From contig NC_081331.1 in assembly GCF_022539665.2 (NCBI RefSeq), positions 10,726,001 through 10,790,000 of the forward strand: 64,000 nucleotides of DNA. Direction: 5' to 3'. Positions 52,389 to 64,000 of the stretch are shown piece after piece (positions within the stretch are counted from its first letter, which is position 1; every line of letters begins with the position of its first letter). Origin of the DNA: Daphnia carinata (taxonomy: Eukaryota). A program made the position numbers and the translations under genes. The notes beneath the pieces are model-generated. The model was not told the origin of the DNA, did not search any database, and worked only from the letters and a program-made list of their open reading frames with translations.

Positions 52389-55300
52389 TTATTTTCCACT
52401 GTTGTTGTTGTTGAGGCCGTGCTGGTCACCCGAGTAGATGTCATCGAGTACGCGGTTAATGGCCACTTCTCCCAGTGTATCCTTGAAGAAGAGCAACTCG
52501 ACAGTGGACGAACGGACTAGACGTAGACAAGGTAGCAGAAGTAACAACCGTCCAAATCGTGTCAACTGTTTTGGATACCTGAAAAAAAAAAAAATTCCAG
52601 TTAGAAATCATAAATAACAAGAAGTAGTTAAAACCAAAGCTTGTGAAATGTACCGATGACGGACGTAGTCGGCCAAGATGCACTGGGCTTGATCTTGCAT
52701 CAGTTCGACTGGTCGGACCTCAGACAATCCTGCCGTTTCTTTTAGAAAAAAAAAAAAAACCCAACGGTGATTATGTATTCTTAGAGAGCTTTTTCAAACT
52801 GTAAATAAATAACGAGCAATCGATCAACATCACCGCAATTATATTACCTGGTCTGAATACGGCGATAGCTTTGAGGCAACCGCATTCGCTTCCGTCGGGG
52901 GAAAGTTGTCTGTATCTGGTCATCAATTCCTATATTTTGTGATAGCACACAAATACGAAAATTGGATCAATATTCCATGAGAAAGTTGTTGTTGGCGGTT
53001 TCAAAAAAAAAAAAAAAGAGTCGCAAAACCCAAATAGAAATAGATCTATGTACGTGAATGGTTTTGATTTCCGTCGCCAGTAGGAGATCGTCGGCTTGCA
53101 TCATCCGCATTCCACCGTGCTGTTGTTGACGACTCATCAGCCGCTGCGTCAAAAGCGCTCCCAAATCCCACGGAGACGACCATTGAGCCAAGTACAATAG
53201 GAACAATTCCTTCCACGATTCCTGCAGCAAAAGCTGCTGATCGGCTCGCGACAGAGTCTGAAATGGCGTCAGCCAGCGGACCCAACGCACCGCCATGAAC
53301 AGCAATCTGGCCGACGTCTCCTGTTGTCATAAAAAATAATTAAATTAAGTGAAACGTGATGTTGTTTGTTTGTTAAGTAACACACTCACTTGGAGCAGCT
53401 CGTAAGAGCCCGGTGACGTTGCGCTGTTGCCGAAAGGAAACGAATTTCCTAATGCCATCATGGCCGGATGGAGCATTAAATTAGCCGAATCGAATAAAGG
53501 GGGAGTCCGTGCGAAATGACTCGATCCCAGCATCGCATCCTGATTTGAGAAATTTCTTATAATTAGAATCGAATTGAATTTTTAAATAGTGAATAGAAAT
53601 TCAATGTTTACAGCGTTAATGTGATTCTTGGCAACGTCCGGCAAATGAAGCGTCGGCCACAGATGAAGAGCCGGTAAATGCTGGACAGCCGCGTTGAGGA
53701 GGAACGAACTGGGCAAAGAAGAAGGTGGAACGTGGCAACTGCTGGATAAGATTCCAACGTCGGTGGAAGGATTTCCTTTAAGCGTCGAAGATGGCGGAGG
53801 AGGCGGATGCAACTGGAGCAAAGGTAAGTGATGGTGATGTAATGAATACGATGAAGTCGGGGCGAACGAAGTTGAAATGATGGACGACGTCGTGCTTGAA
53901 GATGATGATAGATTCATAGCTGGAGGCGGAGGAGGAGGAGGAGGAGGTGTACAAGAGGAAGAAGAAGGTGAACAGCAACCGGGTGTAGGAGACGACATGA
54001 TGTCCACGTTAGGATTATTGCGATGGGCAGACAACAGTTTGATTGGGTTGCTGCTGGTCGTGCTGGTCACCATCGATGATGAAGAAGAAGCTGTTATTTG
54101 ATGCTGTTGTTGAATGTTGTTGTTGTTGCTGGACATGGGCAAGCAACTGGATGCTGATATGGGCACCACCCCGCCAAAGGGGTGGTGAACGTTCGAACGT
54201 TCGGCGGCCATGAGCGAATCTTTCAAACGCGGCTTGCGAGGTCCCCGTTCGTGTTGAACTGCTACATTACAAATAAAATCGTTAATGTAATAATGTGGGG
54301 CAAACGTTAGCATTAGCATACAAATGAATCAGTCCTTGTTTATTTTATTGCTTTAACGGATGTGGTTCATGGAACGATTCCCTAAAGCAAAATCCTCGAT
54401 GAATTTTGTGACACACTTTTTTTTTTTGGCGCATATTTATAAATCAGTTTGTCGGTTTGTGGTCGATCTACTTCCATCATGTTTTCCAAGTAAACGTGCG
54501 TGTATTACTGCTATTACCTTTTCTCCGTGTTTTATGCTTCTCTCTTGTTTTTCAGAGCTAAAATTCAAATGACGAGTAAAGCTGTGATTTTCAGTTGGCT
54601 GCCTTTTTAGGCTTTTGTGATACATATGGCCAACTGTTACATAATTTGTTGGGTCGTTCACCGCTAGATGGTCTATGCTATACGGTTGCGAGCTCACGCG
54701 CATTCACGCGAGAGAAATTGAACGCAAGGCGGGGAATTTAAATGACAAACTCGTGATACGCGTTCGGCATTGGAATTGAATCATCGATACATTTAACTAG
54801 AAGATATTAATCAACAAATAAACCCACGTTACCATCTTTGTTCATGTTGGCGGCGAAGCATTTGTGGAGACGGCAAGCGCGGCATTGATTGCGGTGCGTC
54901 TTGTCCACTGGGCAGCAGTTTTTCAAATCGCCCTGGGCCTTGCACGTATAGACGCTTGCGCGATGAATACTCCGCTTAAAAAATCCCGAACAACCTTTTT
55001 TCGATCATCCAATAACCAAATTATTAACACAACATAATTTCAAATAACCTTCTACCTTATTCAAGGTATAGCATTTAAAGAAATTATTGTTCAAAATTCC
55101 GTAAAAATCATGCAGATTAAATAGGTCTAATAATTTAATCAAAAATAGAAGACAAAACATTGATTATAAAGAAACTTACCATCGCAGCTGAAGATACCGT
55201 AATGTTTGCCCGAACTTCGATCGCCGCAAACTTTACACGGAATATCCAGTAATCTATCACCTGAGTTAGAGCAATACCATTTGAAAATTGATGTATACAA

Positions 55301-55469
55301 TATTCTTTTTAACTGGAAATAAAATTCTCAATTCTAATCAACACCCATCGCATGAATTAACATATTTACCTGTTCGACGCGGTTTGTCCGGTAATGATCT
55401 AACGCTGTTAATCATTGTGGATCCAGCGCTACCGACCCCGACGGACTTCATCATGACCAAGTCTTCCAT
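52389..55469 (-). CDS. dsf: Nuclear receptor of the NR2E group, dissatisfaction-like
   Basis: [94 protein letters not shown] with P-box [101 protein letters not shown]. Stop at 52391-52389. Confidence 0.9.
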
Positions 55470-58400
55470 GTTTCAACCGTGTAAAAGAACAACAACTGAG
55501 GGGTGTTGATGACTTTGACTATATGAAAAGCGAGCAAGTGATGTAGGGTAAAAGGTCAGATCGGTTGGGTGGTTGACCGAAGAGTGCCAGCTCTTTGTCG
55601 TTGTGGCGTCGAATATCAAGAGAGTCAGCATCACCAGAGCCAATAGGGGGACACACACACACATCAGGAACCGCGTCATCCACACCGTGTCGGCGCGAAG
55701 GATAGCTCTTGTTTCCTCCGCAACTCGCATCAGGATCCCCCTCGAAGGGGGGGGGGGGGGGCGATATACAGCAGAGAGAAAAGAGAAGAGCTGCAAAGTG
55801 ATGCTGCTCTGCTGCTGTGGCCATTTTGTCAGTTAAATGGGTGGAGAAAAGGTCTACGGTGGGTGGGGAGAGAGGCGGGAAAAGTTGAAAGTGTGTCTGT
55901 GTGTAATATAGTGTATCATGTTGCGACCCTCCCATTCCCGGTGAATCCTGGTGGCACACAGACATTTGCTCTTGTTGGTCGTCGGCTGTGGGAACGATCC
56001 CAGGTGCGTCGGCCGGGAGCGAAAAGCAGCTAAAGGAGCCAGCCAACAGCACATCTTAGTCGCTTTAGCTGCATCACATAGACAACTCGATATTATATAG
56101 CCTACGTGTATCTATCTCGCATGTGTGTATATACGTCTGAGTGTGTATGTAAAAAATGACTCCCCCAGCAGCTTTTCTTCTACCACTATCCAATGGATGT
56201 AGCGTACAAGAGAAAAAGTATTTGATCCCCTTTAGATCGCTTAAAAGTTAGTTGTTGCTTTCTATTTTCTTCACAAGCTGTTGTGTCCGTGTTCACTCCG
56301 TTTCGCTGCTAGCCATTTGATGGATGTAGTGGACGCCATGGGCCACAAATTCCATTACACCCCCAACGTACGGCGAAAAATAAAAATAGTTTGAGTTTGA
56401 ATCAAACGCTTAGCAAAATCCGATTGAAATAGTTCAGATATTTTTAAATTAAAAAATCACAGAGTTGTTATTGTTTGAAAGCAAACGGGTGTCTTTATTT
56501 AATGGTTGCGGTGTTGCAAAGATTCTATTGAAGGACGGGATTGAGTCAACAAGAGTACAAAGGCCGTAGTAAGTAGTTAAGTGATGGCACGTGGCATCGC
56601 ATAACACTTATACGCACACGTCAGTTGAGAAAAGGATTTGCGGTGGCCACCACCCTCTTTACATTTGAACAACCCCACCTCTTTAAAAAGAGATGCAAGA
56701 GCTGCCGGTGGTACAGGGTGAATCCCTTTTTAAGAAAATCGTCACAGAGAGAATCCTTCAAATGTTGGAAACCAAATAGCGTAAAGTAGGGCCTACCGTT
56801 GCATCCATAGCGCACAGGCCAACCAGAGGTCTTATATTGCACGCGTTACAAATATGTACGGTAGATGGATAGAAAATGCATAGCCGATGGATCGACTTGT
56901 CGGCACGTAGCCAAACACTTTGACACCACCGGGCTTGTGTCGATATGCTTGTGCATACATATGCTCTTATGTGCAAAGAAAAAGAAGAATATAACCAGCA
57001 GTTATTTACATTCGATTAGAGAATGAAAAGGAAAGAAAAGAAATCAAAAGAGTGTTTTTCTTTCCGGCATCCGATGGATGTAAAGAAACTTATGGATAAA
57101 ACCGATGCTCCGATTTTTTCTGGATAAATATTCGGCTGCCTCATTGATAATCACTTAAAAGATATGTTTGAGTCAATAGGGCATTACGATGCTTGCCTGA
57201 AGTGATATTCAAATCGGACCCATTCGGGAAAACAGCCATCCAGTGATTTAACCGGAAGCGTTCTGTTGCTCCAAGCAACAACAGCTTTTTATTCAATTTT
57301 GCATTTTTGGAAAAAAATAAAACTTTCAGTGTGCTTGTAGCTTTCATGTGTAGGCTATGCAAACGTATAATTGATGCTATTTAACGGTATAACGTCAGAG
57401 TTGGCAGTGCAAAGTTGGACGAGTTTCTGGCAAATAGCAAAATGAAGAAAGCAAATTAGAAAACTTGTAATTGTTTCGAGTCCATTAGCCCCGAAGTGAT
57501 GAGAGAGCCACAAGTTGACGATCTGTGACAAAAGCAGCTTGATGATTCCCCCTCGTTTTAAAAAACCCTCGTGGCCAATCCCACCGACGCTCGCCTTCTG
57601 CAAAGCTGATGGCCTTTTTCCCGGCCACCCGCAGCACTACTTGAATAAGTTTTATATACTCAACTTCACCCCCCTCTCTCTCTCTCTTTCCCTCTATGTA
57701 TAAACACATTGAAAAACGTATTGTATCTTTTGTTCGACGTCGTATTCCTCAAGTGAGTTCGAGTACACGTTGTTTAATCGACGTTATGATTTCAAACTCG
57801 AAGCATATCGTGAATTTGAAAAAAAAAACATTTTTCAAGGATCTGTGAACTGACAAAAGTGTTTGAAACACGAGTTGAAGAGTTCCCATCAACAGGTCGT
57901 AGCCCCCCCGTTCTCAGGATCGACGAATGTATTTTGATTTTTGTTCATATCAAAATAATCTAACGTGAAACAAATCGATCAACGTAGATCCACTGTGTAC
58001 TGATGGCAACAAAGAAGCACGAGGATAAAAGAGAAGCACTGACACCAAAAGAAGGAAAGTTCAAGCGGGGAAAAACGACATGCTTTTGTATCGTCTAAAT
58101 TTGGTCGTGTATACGTCGAGCCGAAAGACGGTCCAAAATGATAGGTTCTATAGAGACGGGAAAAAATGAAAAGAATCTCCAGCTGACGCAAAGACCACAG
58201 CATGTGATCCGAGCCCATCATAGAGCAGTCGGATGGATCATCACCTCCAACAGCATTTTGCACGCAGCTAGTACTAATAGTATAGCCCTGTATAGTTACA
58301 TTGGCTGGAAGGGCGATGTGAACAAGCGTCAAAGCCAACAGCTGGATCCTTCCATAAAAAAAAGGAAAGGAACTTTCCCCTTCGTCATACGATGGCACGG

Positions 58401-61400
58401 ACCCTTGTAAATGGTATATCCTTATTTTTCTTTTACCTCTTCTTACGTTACTTCCCTCTATAGCTGTTGCTTTCATTTTGTTCAGGTGTTTGTTGCAGCC
58501 GCTGGAAGAAGATTGAATTTGTGGGTTCGGCAACAACAAAATGAGGTGTTACACGGCCTTTGTACAAATGATCGCGTGCTTTGACACTATTGTGTGTTAC
58601 TCAGGAATCGTTCCCTCTTGAATGAGTATGCGGTGGGAGTGTCGATGAACGCACGTCCTTTGTAACACGAACCCGTTAGGTCACGGGAAACAAACGAGAA
58701 CGAAAAAAATGGCTAGTCACAAACGATTCTTGGAATGCGCACGTGCCGTCTAATAGAAAATGAAGCAAAAGTTATTTAGCGCGTGTATAGTGGAGTTTTT
58801 AGCTGTGGCGGTAACGAGTTTTTGAATATGAAAGCAACTGCGGTTCTCTACTTGCTGGCTGTTATATACGTGGGATCAGTCATCTGGCTAATCCCCGTCC
58901 TCTTCCATGTCGTACACGTATCATCCTTTGCTGGCTGATGTTAGCCAAAATGATTTGTCAGGTCGTCAGACGGAAAACGGTTGAGACCATCATTTACACA
59001 TCACTCCCGTTGATGACTTGTATATGCATTTGGAAAATACTCACGTACCTAGAAACGCCGACTCGCCTTTCTAAACGCATTTTGCCTACATTTTGACAAC
59101 CGACGGATGCATTCGGACTCGTCTATCAGTTTTGACTTGCGGTTTTTGTATTCATATTTAATAACCTTGTCACATCTTTTGATGTATAATGGCCGCTTGA
59201 TTTCCCGGGGCCAAATAGCCTATTAGTCGAACGAGTAGGGGAGAGAGGTAAGAGACGTAATCATCATCCAGCCGAGCGGAAGAGTTTTCAATTTCAGCTG
59301 ATGCTGACATGTGTATATACATGGAAAGGGTAGGGTAGGGGGTAGGAGGCCAATCGCCTTACACACATGTGGATGGTGTAAGCCTTTTGGGGGGTTTGCT
59401 GAAAGCCGCTGGCTCGTCAAGCGCCCGCGGTCCATGGCCTTTCGATCTGCGTATAAGAGGCACAACAATGAAAATGATGAGGGGGTTTTGCAGATCTCCG
59501 TTTTGGAATTACTTCCCCTTCCCCCACAAAAAAGGCGATACACACATCCGTGTGGCAAAGTAAATTATCGAATTTCTGCGCTTCTATGAACAATTCATTT
59601 GCATTAGTCTAGTTCGTTGGCCTATTATAACGAACTGAGCAAGTCCTGCAGAGCGAAGAAGAGCTCAAAAGGTGATAATGATATTTCAATGTTAACATGC
59701 CTACGACGCCATGAAATCACATTTTGTTTAATTGTGTTATTTTACCTCACAATCTTCAAATGTCTTGTTCGTTGTATAGACACGTCAAACCTTTTCGCCA
59801 GTCATGATCTCATCAAGAACATGGTGTGCGATGTAAGTGGACCCGTGTCATATACTTGATGACTTGCTGCAAGGTAATTGATGCTGGCCAGCTAAAAGAA
59901 TCGTCGTCTATGGCACACACGCAACAAAAAAAGGGAGAAACTACCCAAAGAATTGAGAATGGGGAATAAAAGAGTGGGCTATTTTCTGCTGGCCATGCCG
60001 ATGTAGTGATGGGAACTGTTGCAGATGTTTAACCTATCCAGGAGCGAAAAGAGCGAATGACGTTGGTTTATACGAAACATCAGACGCGTGGAGTAACGGG
60101 CAGAACCGAACGGCTATTCAAAGCGGTCATATAGACGTAGTGCCTTATGTCGATATAAATGGTTTAGTCTGACAGTTTAAACAATTAGTTTAAAAAAATC
60201 TTATTTACACATGTTCAACTGATAATACCCAAAGCAGAAACAGAGAGAGAGAGAGAGGGAAATAAAAGAAAAAGAGCATATCACTGATGGCCTTTTGTGT
60301 GAGATTAGGGGCAGTAAGTTACGTAGCTTGCTGTCGCTGGACGCAGCGATAGCTTTTGGGAGGAGCTAAAAGGGGATGGCCGGAATTGCAAGAAGGACAA
60401 TGGGAGCGAGATGCCAACCCCAGTGTATGGTATATACTATCATTGCACACACAGAAGGGAAGAAGAGGTGAGAAGCTGAGCCGGGAGCGCGGATTGGCTC
60501 GATAGGAACGTCCACCGCTCCCGCCGAACTCCCGCCCTTCCAGCCTCCGACTCCCGAGAAACGGTGACAGCCAAGAAATCGACCAATCCCGACGCAAGTC
60601 GAGCTCTGCACAACATTAAGTCGAGTTTTTTTTTGCATTCACGCGGCCATGCCACAGTTTACACAGTTTTCAAAAGTATTGCACGTTTCGGACAGTCATT
60701 TGCCCGTCCTACACTAAATGTTAATGCTGTGATGACAACGAAACTAAATCAAGTTTAAAGCAATTCAGGATGTTTTGTTGGAAGGGTTTGATTCCATACA
60801 GGATCTGATTTTTCTCAATGACGATCTATTTAGGTTGTGCAACAAGGATTAGTAGAACATGAACAAGATCCCGAGAAACATCTGGTAGTACGTATTCACG
60901 TTATTTGGGGTGTGTCTATCAGCATGCCTATTATATACACACATGAATATTGACGATGTTGTTGCTACATTTGCTCATCCGTTCCCATTGGCTGCCAACT
61001 TTTACTAAATGCCTGATGTATAACATTTAGAGCGGCGTAGAAACTTTGAGTATTAAGGCTTTACACACTGGCCCAACGTCAACTCGTGCCGTGTTTTATC
61101 AACCTATTAAAGTATTAGACATGTGTTTAACCAATATCATTGCTGCATTTTTCACGGCGTCAGCCATCCAATTCTGAAGGACCGAAGATGGGATGAAATC
61201 GAGTTCTCGATTAAAAGACAAACCATTATCTACAAAAGCATATACATGTCTAGAAGATACTGAACCATCATTTGATCCTTTCGTCTACGTCTTAGAGCCT
61301 TGCCACACATTCCTCATCTCCTATACTACACACACCTCTTTATTTCCCTTAACTGCATACCTTCCGCCTAGCAAATCGTTCAGCCCCATTATACATGTAT

Positions 61401-62689
61401 ACGCTGTTTGATCTCGCGACCGCACCCTACATATATCAGCATCCATTGTGTGCCGTTCAACCCATCAAGAGGCTTATATAGTACAAACGGGATGACGTGT
61501 ATTTTTTTACACGACTTGCGCCGTGTTCCCAGTGTGTAATCCTCGGTGTGACACTACTCGACGCTTATCGCGGTCGAGTTGTCCTCTATACATTTTTGGC
61601 CAGCTAGAAACATCATCGTACAACTTTCATTTGGGCGACTGGGCTTGTAAGAAATAAAAAAAAGTAGAGCAGGCCTCGTATATATGTAATGCGTACATTT
61701 TTTGTCTCTTTTTCGCCTTTTCACTTTGGGCGATCCGGTTGACGGCGGAGGGAGGTCGCCACTCTTTTCTCCCTGCCGTTTGCGATGGCCGCGTGGGAAA
61801 ATGGTCACCTGTCTGGCGATCTCTGGCCCCGCTGATGGCGCTCGTCGCTTCTCAATAGGCCATCACTATAAAGCTGTCTCCTCTTTTTTTTTTCCCGCTG
61901 TCTTTGTCGCGCGAGTGGAATAGGCAATCTTCTGGCACACGCAGAAAAAATGACAGCGTAATATCGTGGACGATGTTCAACACATCAAGAGAACGTATTA
62001 CAGGAGCAGCAGAGGAACTCCCAAGAATCAGTTTGTCCAGCTAGTTCCCCGTTTTGATGGTCATGACATGTTTGGTATACAGAAACAGAAGCTTAAAGGC
62101 CATTTGTATAGGCAACAACTACAATACTGGGCTCAGACCTATACCAATGCCCTAAATAGTTGATTTAATGCGTCCCCCTGTATGACGACGCTTGCGATGT
62201 CATCTATTCAATAATTTGTTGTCAAATGATCGCTTAAATGCTTAGTGCGCAGAATGCGCGATTTAACCTCATTCGTATCATGTAAATAGATTAAAGTAAC
62301 TAATAGCCTGATGAACAGTGTTCAGCTTTTGTCGTTCGTTACTTGTGACCTAAACTGGTATTGGCCGTCTGGAATCTTGGTGCACGTGGTATACCTGTGA
62401 TTCTGCTAATATTAAATATTTGCGACGCTACAACTTAAACAGAACGAAACTTGCCGTGTGTTAGTTTTCGCAAAAACTGGATATTATTGAACCTTGTCAT
62501 TTAATATAACAGCCAACGTAAATCTATGATATCTCTACAACTTCAGCAAAGTTACTCACACAGACAACGCAAAAGTAATTGTTTTCGTGTAATCAACTGA
62601 AATAGAAATTAAACATATTGCATACAAAATCATGCACAGTGGTTATTCATAATTTTAACCTAATTTCGAAAGGAAACGAGGCAACGTTT

Positions 62690-62942
62690 TCAGAATAAAG
62701 GCTCGGCACAAAATTGGCTATCTCCACCGGTATCGATTTTCTTAACCGAAATCTCACACACCATTGTGAGATGTACTATTCGATAACATTCAGCTAACTT
62801 GAACAGCTCTTTATTGTCTAGCATTGGAGTAATCGGCTCGCCTGTGTAGAGGAAATAAACAAACTGTCCAACACTTGATGCATTCATGTCATCGATTACG
62901 ATCCACAAACTTGTTTTCGTGGCTGTTGTTCCGTAAATTCGG
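62690..62942 (-). pseudogene. BTB/POZ (SPOP-like) domain remnant, apparently frameshifted
   Basis: IVIDDMNASSVGQFVYFLYTGEP..NKELFKLAECYRIVHLTMVCE is a BTB C-terminal half. The expected preceding AEFTEQQP lies in another frame that stops after KQVCGS. No upstream exons recognised. Confidence 0.6.
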
Positions 62943-64000
62943 CTGTAAATATTTGCCAACAAAAATGAGATAATTTTGATGCTAAAGCACTGTGAAAGAA
63001 ACAGAAGTGTGACGTTTAGACTGTGACCGTTTAACCGATCCTGATAATCAAGCAAATGTTTTAAAATTTTATTAAATTTTATGAGACATATCATAAGACA
63101 CATGATGGGGAATTAGAATGAATCATCAAATTGCACAAAGCAAACCAAAGTTGAAAAGAAAACAATCCCATAGCGTCACGTGTTTCGGCTAAGGGGAGTG
63201 GTGCGCATTTTAAGATTCAAAATCTTCAAGGTGAATCGACAGGATTGTTTTTCACCCGAAAACTGCTAGCGTACCCTTCCTGCTCTATGTACCCCGCAGC
63301 TAAATTATCGAAACATCCACCGCATTGTCCAAAAAACTCTGAAAAAATGCTTACCTTTCCCTTTCTTTTAGTCGAAAAAAAAACAATCATGAATTTACAT
63401 ATTACTTTTTCAAGGATGCCTGTAACGGAGGGAAGGGTGACAATCGTTGCTTTTGTTTTAGTCTAGAAAAAAAGAGAACAACTTGTAATAAGGTACGAAT
63501 CGGGGGCAATGACATGCAAATTTACTGCCACCCCTCAAGAACGCGCCATTTTACCAAAGGCGCTTGAAAACGCCAAGGACACAATCATTTTGAATTCATT
63601 TTGCGGGAAAATATTTCGCAATTATTACAGTTTATTCTGATTGAATTCTGTCATCTCTATTATTCAGCTAAAGTATAGATTTTACTGACAGTTTGTTTCA
63701 TACCGTTTTAGCAAGTCCAACGGTAGACAATCACCATTGACAGTCCAGGTGGAAAACTACGTAGCAACACCTTCTTACGAGCCCTGTAAAATACCCGCAG
63801 AGTACAGGTAGAAGAAAAGGCTTGGCATGCAGACTAGTACACAATCATCCTTTTCCATAATAGATGCGTTCAGCTCCGTTTTCGCAGAGCTGAGCACGTT
63901 TACGATCGATATTTTAAACTGTCGTCTACCTTGTTACGTAGCTGGCCAAGTCCAGCAGTCGTGCTATCTTCACATTATCAAGTCTGCACCATCTACGATA

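Noticed and set aside
57075..57097. TGGATGTAAAGAAACTTATGGA resembles miR-1 (UGGAAUGUAAAGAAGUAUGGAG)
   Set aside because: The seed has a deletion and no complementary 5' arm forms a precursor hairpin; likely chance.
1..64000. U12-type introns that might accompany the U6atac locus
   Set aside because: The intron donors I read were ordinary GT types without the RTATCCTT signature. Not every intron was checked.

Overview
This is a eukaryotic, AT-rich, gene-dense window with many ~60-80 bp GT-AG introns. Gene content and style suggest an arthropod, probably a cladoceran such as Daphnia (inference). Spliced genes read by hand: TAF6 (runs off the left edge), SSR2/TRAP-beta, CLEC16A, NAXD, an acidic secreted orphan protein, an aquaglyceroporin, a cationic amino-acid transporter (SLC7/CAT) with a long C-terminal tail, a GRASP/Tamalin-like PDZ protein, SON, two tandem peritrophin-A (CBM14) chitin-binding proteins, a dissatisfaction-like NR2E nuclear receptor, and a frameshifted BTB remnant. 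The most striking non-coding feature, invisible in the ORF track, lies at 14.8-16.0 kb: two tandem copies of the minor-spliceosome U6atac snRNA. Copy 1 has a TATA box and a Pol III T-tract. Copy 2 has a substitution in the GGAGAG box and no local promoter. Between them sit a near-perfect 58-bp copy of coding sequence from the neighbouring transporter gene and one circularly permuted unit of a palindrome-rich repeat family. That family also forms a scrambled ~2.7 kb patch at 27.5-30.2 kb. All identifications come from manual reading and recalled family motifs. No searches were run, and exon boundaries may be off by a few bases.
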